DNA of 64,000 nt from Eledone cirrhosa (lineage: Eukaryota): the NCBI GenBank assembly GCA_964016885.1, contig OZ024743.1:345774001-345838000 (forward strand). Reading direction: 5' to 3'. Of the stretch, positions 53,295 through 64,000 are shown piece after piece (the stretch's first letter is position 1; every line of letters begins with the position of its first letter). Position numbers and translations under genes: made by a program. The notes under the pieces are model-generated. The model was not told where the DNA came from. It did not search any database and saw only the letters and a program-made list of their open reading frames with translations.

Positions 53295-54479
53295 CAAAAG
53301 AAACAATATATATATATAAAAGAAACAATAACATACATATATATATATATACAAAGAAATACGTGAGACACAAATGACAATCAGAACAAAAACAGAGAGA
53401 CACACGCTCACTGCCATAAAGCCACAATCATCAAAACTCTACTTAACAAGAGATTTTCTATTCATTTCTCATAAATGATCTTATTCCAATGGAAATGAAA
53501 AACAAAATTGTCATCTTAGACATTACATAAAACAATCCCTCCACAAATATTGATGTCACAACAGGTTTTTACTGTAAGCAAACGAAGGCCATGTATAAAA
53601 CCGCTTCGTGAATAGCAAGTTAAGTACCTAACAAAGCGTACTTATATAGTATGAATTCAATAGCCTTAGTTTTTCTGGACTAGATAACAAAACAAAAATC
53701 GAACACTCATTAATGAATTTCTTACAAAAGTTAATCCTCACTTATAATAACATAATAAGTTATCGATACCATCTGGTTATTGCACATTAGCTATTTATCT
53801 TTCCCACGTGATAGCTATAAATGTTTTGTATTTCATTTATTCTGATACATAAGGATTTTGATGCAGAATGCAGATGGAAATGTTGCACGTACATGTATGT
53901 TTCTATATTTTTATAAGCATACTATATAACCATGTTATAAATGATATGGAGATGATTATATGCGTCTGCGTTTGTACGCTTCTATGGGTGTATATGTGTG
54001 TGTGCATGTAGGGGCAATTATTGCGTTCGTTTGATTGTGTATGTGTGTGTGTGTTTGTAGACGTGTGTGTCTGTATGGGTAATTGTATGTGTATGTTTGT
54101 GTATGTATAGTTGTAGCAAATTTTGAATCGGACATAACGCACTGGGATGCATTCTTATTTAATCAGAACTTTGGTAATTCTCTGGAAATGCCATCTATAA
54201 GAATCGTGTTGGCAGCAATGTTACTGTTGTTGTTACCGTCGTATTTGTTGCTGTGGCTGTTGAGGGTTTTGAGACATATAATCAATGGCGTTGCAGTTGT
54301 GAACGTTATGTCGCTTCTCCGCGAAGACAACTGTTTTATCCTATGAACTCTGTATTAGTAAACCAAAAAAAGAATAGGGTATTTCTGAGGAAGATTCATT
54401 GATTCTTTTTTTTGAAAATTTTAAGACTGCGTATCTCTTCGTCTGATAGACATCAGTTGCTTCAGAATGAATAATTGTC

Positions 54480-54830
54480 TTTCTTTGATGAAAGCCAAAC
54501 TAGAACTGGAGATTCAACCATATGTATACCATTGTGATTGCATAATAATAAAACAATATCTATGCTGTGTATTTAGGATGATTAAATCTGGACTCTCAGG
54601 GCTCACATCACTGGATCAATGTACAAATCGGCTACTTCCGTTAAGATGTACTTTGTTGAACGCCGTATTATACATGAACCTGGCCACGTCATAAGTTTTG
54701 CTAACCTGCAATGCAGACTACTCAACAATGCTAATAATAGTCAACGTACGCTATTTCCTAGGTCGAAATGTCTAGCAGCAATTGTTCTCCTTCTCCGAAT
54801 TCTGATATCAAATGCCGTTGAAATTAGCTT
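54480..54830 (-). mobile_element. Possible Penelope-like RT C-terminal relic
   Basis: Minus-strand SEKENN...F.DL...TWPG...NG.Y..*IS in order resembles the PLE pattern EKE.N..LPFLD...TWTG...NGYP..LI. Heavily frameshifted. Confidence 0.4.
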
Positions 54831-55753
54831 TGTGATTCATCTATTTAAATTACTAGTGCTCCGCAGTTCATTGAAAGTTTTTTGGGGGCGTTGGATGATG
54901 TACCATGAAGCTTTGGCTCCAGCCAGATACATACTGGTTGGACATTTTGTCTTTGGTTGCCTTTACCCGAGTATACCTCTTTTGTAAACATATGGACGAG
55001 GCCTCAAGACTGAAGAAAAATATAGCTTTTAATTAACATTGAATAATATCAATTAGTGACTAAGTAATTAAAATTTAAAATTTTAGAAATTTAGTAATTA
55101 CCGAAGCAACAATGTTTATTTATAATTATTATGATAGTTTTATGTACCACTCATCCAGAAATGAAAAGAAATTGACCTCTATGGGTTTCGAGGACGAATG
55201 TTTGAATATTTTAATCATTGTAGAATTTGCCTATGAAATCCAGGTGTAAATAGCTGACCATTACACAAACAAGACTATATGGTAAATACCACACGCCTAA
55301 GATGCCCTGAAATGTAATCAGATCCAGAACCAAATGAATAAGAAGCGAACTCCTTAACCGCTTGGTCATGCTGCGGCCACAGTCATACCATTAGCATTAT
55401 CACCACCAATAACTAGTCATGACGTTCTGTCTGAAAGTAAGTTCACAGTTTGAAGAAATGACGCCATATTTTTCACGTAATTTGATTTTGTCCTACAACT
55501 ACTGTCTATATCTATTTATCAGTTTATACATCTATTTATCTATATATTCATGAATCTATTCATTCACAGTTCAGTGAAACCAATAGCCATTTACATTTTT
55601 TCCGTCCGTCTGCACCGATCAAAACGAGTCGCCATGTTGTCATTAGCAATGATTGTTCGTAACGAGATTTACTAAACTTCAAAGCTATAACTTAAGTGAC
55701 TATGTATGTATGTATGTATGTATGTATGTTTATAAATATGTGTGTGTGTATAT

Positions 55754-55854
<101 letters not shown>

Positions 55855-55880
55855 TGTATATATATATGTATATATATATG

Positions 55881-55913
<33 letters not shown>

Positions 55914-56065
55914 GTTTGTATGTACACGCACACACACACATATATATATATATACACATATATTCATCTATGTATAAATTGTATACATATGAGTGCGTAT
56001 GCAGGACTTTTTATATATATATGTAAATTTATACATATATTAATATGTATATGTGTGTGTATATT

Positions 56066-56103
<38 letters not shown>

Positions 56104-56745
56104 GGTGTGTGTGTGTGTGTGTGTGTGTGTTTGTTTGTTTGTTTATACACATATAAATATATAAATGCGCGCGTGTGTGTTTATTACATACTCATGATGG
56201 TTCATGCGCCTGTTTCCAAGATAAACATTCAGTGCTGTTAACTAAACAGTCTAAACGCTAAATTAAAATGCGAGTGAGTATCTATGGACTTTTGTTAGCT
56301 ATACTGTCTCGAGCGTAGAGGCGGATGAATCCAGCACACATCACAGTTACATGAGTGAGAGCTGAAATACTTCCATCGGAATGCATCTGACCCCGTTGCA
56401 ATGTGAACACCCAAATGCTACTGGTACTCATATTTAGTAATAAATTAAGCAACATGTTTGGAGGCGTCCTCCTTATAGAAAAACACGACACCTAGTTTTT
56501 TTTATAAAAAAAAAAGACTTTCACTTCCACACGTATGCCCTTATTATGTGTGTATGTGTGTGTGTGCGTGTCTGTGTGTGCATGCACGCGTACGTGTATT
56601 TTATATTAGTCAGTTGTATCTTAATTCAATCATTCACCCGGTAAAGCTTTATTTTGTGAGAGATTACAAATTCGCAACAAGTAATCGGTGTGAATTACAC
56701 AAATGTACGAACTATACATATAGTATATATATATATATATACAGA

Positions 56746-56830
56746 GGTCCGACGAGCATTTGATTCCAGAGTCGAGCTAAATCGATACAGATCGAACCTT
56801 GAGCTGATTAATAGCGAAACGCGTGTCACC
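56746..56830 (+). ncRNA. Hammerhead-like motif with CCGACGA core (same family as the 47.1-kb foldback)
   Basis: ggt-CCGACGA (56749-56755)-gc...gc-GAAA (56816-56819)-C GCGT G-TC-acc, then AATAAA. The 130-bp island is bounded by (TA)n on both sides. Confidence 0.5.
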
Positions 56831-56882
56831 AAACAATAAACGTAATGATGGCACAACAAATCGTCCTTTTATTATATATATA

Positions 56883-56974
<92 letters not shown>

Positions 56975-57399
56975 GTATATTAGTCGGACATTTTTTTGTT
57001 TGTGTGTGTAAATTGTGCGTATGCAGATATATATATATATATAGATATATATATATATATATATATATATGAAAAACAAGGGAAGAGGAATACTGCGTGG
57101 TTGCACGTGTCTGTGAATGTGTATGTTTGTGCTTTCTGGAGCTCCGTACACGCGATTGCACCATACCTTCATACGAGAATTCTTGACTGCCCACCTCTAT
57201 GTCGTCCTACATCCACAGCAACATATCTGTCAAAGTTCAACAATTCCTCGGTATCTTAAAGGCAACTGCATCTTTTCCGCAAATACTTGCCCACTTCGCA
57301 TCGATACCACATCTACCCGGAATCTAAGCCACATTCATCATACACCATCACTTCATAAATGTTAAGCATCCCTCAAATGTCCCGCAAGTCCGCGCATCC

Positions 57400-58352
57400 A
57401 GCAGCTCCAGCACCACCACCACCACCACCACCAGTACCACCAGTGCCACCATCACCAGCACCCGCACCACCATCAACATCACCACCACCAACATCATTAA
57501 CACCACCACCACCAACACCACCCGCACCCGCACCACCACCACCACCACCACCACCACCACCACCAGCAGTACCACCAGCGCCACCATCACCAGCACCCGC
57601 ACCACCATCACCATTCACCACCACCATCACCACCACCACCACCACCACCGTCATCATCATCATCACCAGCAGCAGCAGAATTCATTAAATCTTCAAATTT
57701 CCACTCCATCTTCTTCGACATAATCCACCACCACCATCATTAGCAGCACTATCACCACTAGTTAAACTTCAAACATTCCACACCATCCTCTTCGACATAT
57801 CATAATCCCTCCACCACCACACCAATCACCACCTCGGATACCACCGCCACCACCACCATCACCATAACCACCACCAACACCAAAACCACCACCATCACCA
57901 CCACCAACGCAACCACGACCACGACCACGACCGCCACCACTAACACCACCACCAACACCTCCACCATCACCACCACGACCACCACCACTAACATCACCAA
58001 CACGACCACCTCCACCATCACCGCCGCCGCCGCCGCCACCACCAATATCACCACCACCGCCACCATCACCGCCATAACCACCACCACTACCACCATCAAG
58101 ACCACACCACCACCACCAACAACACCAACACCTCCACCACCACCATCGCCACCACCACCATCAACAACAATAACAACAACAACACCACCACCACCGCCAC
58201 CACCATCACTACCACCAACACCATCACCCCCACCCCCCACACAACCACCATCACCACCACGACCGCCACCACTTACACCCCCACCAACACCTCCACCATC
58301 ACCAACACCACCACCACCATCACTAACACCACCACCACCACCACCACCACCA
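57400..58352. repeat. (CCA)n-rich low-complexity tract
   Basis: Direct reading; it produces the poly-Pro, poly-Gly and poly-Val ORF artefacts. Confidence 0.9.
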
Positions 58353-58689
58353 TTATATAAAACAGGCCTACCCCCGCCCCACGCATTTTAACATCCGCTC
58401 TTTACTTATTTCATAATCTTTTAAACGGTGCAACGATTTACAATAGAGTGAAGTAAATGTAGATGTAGTCAATTTACGTTCGTCTTTACAGTCACAGCAG
58501 CCCCTCACCTATACACAAACTATCTATAAAACATTTCTAATTCTCTCTCTCTCTCTCTCGCTCTCATTTTATTTATATCCATTAAATTAAAATCTTTAAT
58601 TTAATTAAACTATCATTTCACTTTCGAATCGTTTCAAAATCGTTTGTTTTTAACCACGTTTCATTCACTCAGAGCCTCGTTTAGTTTAT

Positions 58690-58695
<6 letters not shown>

Positions 58696-58759
<64 letters not shown>

Positions 58760-58800
58760 CATGTATATGTATGTATATATATGTATATGTATATATATAC

Positions 58801-58848
<48 letters not shown>

Positions 58849-58891
58849 GTATATATATATATATATGTATATATATATGTGTATATATATG

Positions 58892-58926
<35 letters not shown>

Positions 58927-58955
58927 GTGTATATATGTGTGTATATATATATATG

Positions 58956-59044
<89 letters not shown>

Positions 59045-59077
59045 GTGTATATATATATGTGTGTATATATATATATG

Positions 59078-59110
<33 letters not shown>

Positions 59111-59139
59111 GTATATGTATATATATGTATATATATATA

Positions 59140-59173
<34 letters not shown>

Positions 59174-59203
59174 CATATATATATGTGTGTATATATATAT
59201 GTG

Positions 59204-59234
<31 letters not shown>

Positions 59235-59360
59235 GTTTTTTTTCTTTTTACATTTCTTTCATTGTTTCGTTCATTACTTCATCATCATCATCATCATCGT
59301 TGCCATTATCGTCATCATCATCATCACCGTCATCATGATCGTCGCCATCATGATCGTCGC

Positions 59361-59415
<55 letters not shown>

Positions 59416-59480
59416 GTCATTCTCATTCTCCATCTTCTACCTCTTCATCATCAGCATCATTGTTGTCTTTGTCGTCATCA
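58696..59480. repeat. (TA)/(TATG) array followed by (CAT)n
   Basis: Direct reading. Confidence 0.95.
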
Positions 59481-59617
59481 TGCTCATCATCACCATTTAT
59501 CCATCTCCTGCCATTAAACTCCACCTCCATTATAGCCACCACCGACGTCCACACAGCCCTACATGAACCATCATGCCCCAACAAAACCACATATTACTAC
59601 CACCATTATTATTATTA

Positions 59618-60040
59618 TGGTGGTTGATTGGCAGTATCGGTAGAGGGTTGGACGCCATGCTTTGCAGTATAGAGTTACGGCCCTTTATGTTCTGAGTTCA
59701 ACTCCCGCCAAGGTTAACTTTGCCTTTCATCCTTATGGGGGGGGGGGTCAATAAAATAAAGTATCAGTAATACACTGGGATAATTGCTGACCTTGTGCCA
59801 AAAGTAGAAACAATTATTATTATTATGGTGGATTGGCAGTATCAGTAGAGCGTCGGACAACATGCTTTGCAGCACAGAGTTACGGCCCTTTATGATCTGA
59901 GTTCAAATCCCGCCGAGGTTAACTTTGCCTTTCATCCTTACGGGGTCGATAAAATAAAGTAACAGTCACGCACTGGGGTCAATTTAATCGACTTTCCCCG
60001 ACCCCAAAATTACTGGCCTTGTGCCTATACTAGAAATCAT
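59618..60040 (+). mobile_element. Two tandem major SINEs (short then long variant) in (ATT)n
   Basis: 59618-59820 and 59826-60040. Confidence 0.9.
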
Positions 60041-60055
60041 TATTATTATTATTGT

Positions 60056-60905
60056 TCTTTGAGTCTCAGTCATTGATGTTATTTAACTGGAAAGTTTGTT
60101 AAAATGAATATCAAGCCACTACCTGCAGCCTCAGATACTCAGGACGTATCGGAGTGTTCTTGCTGTTCCCAGCAAGCATGCCTTTTGAAGTGTTCCAAAA
60201 AGCGGGGCTGGACTAACTTTATTTAACCATCCTTGGAAACTTTTGAGATAGTCCCTAGTGCGCCTATGACAATCGGGATCACTCTGACTTCATGGCAGTT
60301 ATAAAATCCTAATCCTTTTTACCCCCCACTTTAAGTCCTGGTATCGGTTAATTTTCTCCCTCTCCTTTTCTTACACTCTCGTGTCAAATAGGCAGGCTAC
60401 ATTTACAATCAGGCACGATCTTTTTTCCTTGTCAAAAACCACCAGGTAAGGCCTATTGTGTTCCTGTTTCTTATCTGTCTGTATCCTAAAATCCCATAGC
60501 ACCTTCACCTGATCGTTTTCTATCACCGCCTCTGGCTTATGTTCATGCCACTTCTCAGAATGTGGTAAATTGTTTACTTTGCATAGGTGCCAGTGGATCA
60601 CTCTGGCTATCACATCATGTCTCCAGCCTTTATAGTAAGTCTGGGCTAGGTGTTTACACTCGGATACAATGTAAGCCACAGTCTCCTTTCTCTCTCCACA
60701 GATCCTGCACAGTGGACTAGCCTCCTCCTTGTAAATATGGTGTTTCAGCCACTTCGTTTTGAGGGCCTGCTCTTGCGCAGCCATTATCATTCCTTCTGTA
60801 GCCTTTTTAAGGTCTCCTCTTTTGAACCAGTTCCATGTATGTGGATCTCTGAATTCCGTTTTCTCAAAGAAGGTACTATGAAGGGATTTTTCATGAAGGT
60901 TCCTC
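60056..60905 (-). mobile_element. R4/Dong-clade LINE 3' fragment inserted in (TAA)n
   Basis: ORF 60371-60790: AAQEQAL.T...CRICGERKETVAYIVSEC..LAQ..Y...RHD...HW.LC...W.EHKP..VIEN..VKVLWDF.IQTD....NRP (knuckle plus RLE), followed by LQKACLLGTARTLR. Confidence 0.92.
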
Positions 60906-60948
60906 TTATTATTATTATTATTGTTATTATTATTATTGTTGTTATTAC

Positions 60949-61210
60949 TCTTTGAGTCTCAGTCATTGATGTTAGTTAACTGGAAAGTTTGTTGAAATGA
61001 ATATCAAGCCACTACCTGCAGCCTCAGATATTCAGGACGTATCGGAGGGTTCTTGCTGTTCCCAGCAAGCATGCCTTTTGAAGCGTTTCAAAAAGCGTGA
61101 AGGGGCCAATTTTCCTTAACCATCCCTGGAAACTGTTTGAGATAGTCCCTAGTGCGGCTATGACAATCGGGATCACTCTGACTTCATGGCAGTTCCAAAT
61201 CCTTTTTACC

Positions 61211-61211
<1 letters not shown>
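60949..61211 (-). mobile_element. Second, shorter R4/Dong 3' end in (TAA)n
   Basis: VKRIWNCHEVRVIPIVIAALGTIS...LQKACLLGTARTLRYVLNI plus the same 3' UTR as 60056-60130. Confidence 0.9.
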
Positions 61212-61286
<75 letters not shown>

Positions 61287-63122
61287 CATCATCATCATCA
61301 TCCTCATCATTAACATCATAATCACCACCATCAAAATCAACACTCAGCAACACCTTGTAACGATCACCATTATCATCACGACCAATAGCATCATCATCCT
61401 CAATATAGCTTCAACACCTACTTATATTGTACACACGTTATGTCCCACTCCTATTAATACCAGTTTTTGATACGTTGTATTTAATCTGGTTCTTTACATC
61501 CTGAATATAAATCCTGCTGAGCTGAGCTCAACGTTAAATATTATCCTTCAAGGGTCGATAAATAAAATATTTGTCTAATGAAGTGGGCCGGCAAAATTGT
61601 TAGAGCACCGTATAGGTTACACTGTTGTAATTAGTTCAGCTCCTTGTGCACAGCTCCCATACGCACCTTGAATCATTTTAGCAGAGTTCACTCTGCTGCA
61701 AGCATTCGGGCGAGATTTTCGGTTATGGACGCTGCTTATCTGTCTGATTACCAGATATATCTATTATTAACATTACATCTATAACCATCACCGTCACCTC
61801 CATACCAGCATTAGTGTAACCAAGATCAGGAATATCACCTCTAGAGCTAAGAACCCAGACTTGACAGAAGCCAACCTCAACTAACTCCATTATCATCATC
61901 ACACCCAACAAAAATATCACCACAATTACCAATGATACCACACTAACTAACACTAGCAGCAATACAAACAGCAATAACCTCCCAAACCCCGGCACCGTAT
62001 TTCTAATAGAAGCAAAATTAGCAAGATAAACACTACCACAATTTCAGATATCCCTACTGACATCACAAGTATGTTCTCGGCGACCAGCAACAGTATTATC
62101 ATTGCACCGGCTATACACCGGCTATACCCCGCATATTGTATCACTAATACTATCATCAATGCCACGTCAACTACCAATACCACCAAAAGCTATCATCACC
62201 ACCACCACCACCACCACAACCACCACCACCACCACTGCTAAAGCTATCGACAAGAACTTCATTTCATCAAAACCATCATCAATAAAACGGTGATAACTAC
62301 CACCACCACCGCCAACAACAACAACAACAACAATACTACATCACCACCACAACCACCAACACTACCACCAGCCCCACCAGCATAATCACTATCACCACAC
62401 GAACACCATCACATCAACTCACACACCAGCTTCGTATCACCAATACCACCATGATTATTACAGCAACTACCACCACCAACAACAACAACAACGGCATCCT
62501 ATCACCAATAGGGTCATCAATACCACAGGAACCACCAACACTATCACCAGCAATTTTTATTTAATATTGTTTTTGCTTTTTTGAAAACTTTCAAAGCAGA
62601 TACAAGAGTTCTTGCCAACGCCGATTAAAATATGTCGACCTTCATTAGATTACGGTAATGCTGTTTATTTCAAACGGTTCTTCAATTCTCTTTTCACAAT
62701 TCTCCATCACTCCATCCCTCAATCTCTTCACTCTTCACTGCCCACCTACCATCCATCTCTTTCCCCATCTACCTTTTCTCACTTTCTTCTTCGCTTTTAT
62801 TTCTCTCCCTATATATTTCTATCTTTCTTTTTCGTTCACTTAATCAATTTTTCCATCTCTCTTCTTTTATATACAATTTCATTCCACCACATGTCTCGGT
62901 ATATACCAAATACATCCCCCATCTCTCTCAACATCTTTCTCATTTTCTTTATATCCCCATCTCACTATCTCTTTTTATTTCTCTCCATCACGTACACTAA
63001 CATATTCACATTCACATCTACATTCACGAACATACTTATATTTATTGGAATACAAAAAGACATAAAGTTAAACGAATTTGCATATATACTTATATATGTA
63101 TATATGTATATATATATATACA

Positions 63123-63210
<88 letters not shown>

Positions 63211-64000
63211 GTATGTATGTGTGTGTATATATATATATATATAGCTTGTGTGCGTGTTTGCCTGTATTTATGTGTCTGTGTATGTGAGTGCTTTTGTGTA
63301 CCGGTCTACGGTCTACGTGAATGGATGCCTGTGTATGCCTATATAATTGTAGACATATTGTAGATAGCAGAACGTAGTCAAATTTGCTATTTCTGTGAAA
63401 AACATGTCACAGTTCTATTGTTTAATGCCTCCATTTAACTTTGTCCTATCTTTATTACATTAAAACCCCATATTTTTCGATAACACACAACCCCTTCACA
63501 TATCCCCATACCTACCTCCTTATATTTATCAACCCTCTCCTATCCGTTATTACCATCAAACATTACTAGTAACAATTACGATTATTCTAGCAAGGAAACA
63601 CAACAAATTTATATATTTTATTTTGCTTTGTTTTAACACTTTTCTCATATTTTTTACTCTTATATTTTATTCATCTTATATAAAACTTTAAAATGTCAAA
63701 TCTGTGAAATAAACATCTTATAAATCGCTCTTTTAAAACAATTTTCAATTAGAGAAAAATCTATTTGAAAATGTATGGTTGGACTCAAACAGGTTTTTGG
63801 TGAATTTCTGCAATTAGGAAGAAAACAATGGTTACAACAACAACAACAACAACAACAACAATAATAATAATAATAATAATAAAAATAATAATAATAATAA
63901 TAAGGACAATAAAATGGTAATAACAATGAATTTGATAAGGCCGTCAACAATTATGGAAGGGCACTAAATCAAAATAAAATTAATCTCAACGACTGTAACA

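Noticed and set aside
57359-58240. Pro-rich (formin/extensin-like) or Gly-rich ORFs
   Set aside because: They come from a (CCA)n low-complexity tract that is open in several frames on both strands, with no domain or splice support.
63900-63950. LTALSNSLLLPF resembling GPCR TM7
   Set aside because: There is no NPxxY motif, it runs straight into a (TTA)/(TTG) microsatellite, and no upstream TM exons are visible.

Overview
Eukaryotic, AT-rich, microsatellite-dense genomic DNA with one 200-N gap at 40779-40978. The tRNA-derived SINE families and the extreme (TA)n/(CA)n/(TAA)n load suggest an octopod cephalopod; this is an inference, not a database result. I found no supportable host protein-coding exon, and most ORFs in the supplied track are microsatellite translations. 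The window is filled with decayed mobile elements: two Tx1/L1-type LINE fragments, two hAT transposase pseudogenes (one a nearly complete Buster/Charlie type), a mariner relic, RTE (Rex3/Expander-like) and R4/Dong-like LINE fragments, three copies of a ~610 bp bipartite RTE-derived non-autonomous element, about 25 SINE copies, and Penelope-like (PLE) coding relics. The most notable unannotated signal has two parts. First, seven to eight type I hammerhead-ribozyme folds from about six unrelated sequence families, mostly of the minimal palindromic-stem-III kind, with canonical CUGANGA, compensatory U3:A8 and U4-variant cores. Second, about 12 short inverted-repeat (foldback) elements, nearly all anchored on (TA)n tracts in head-to-head or tail-to-tail topology, several carrying whole or partial hammerhead motifs. 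All folds and alignments were done by eye and need computational and biochemical confirmation.
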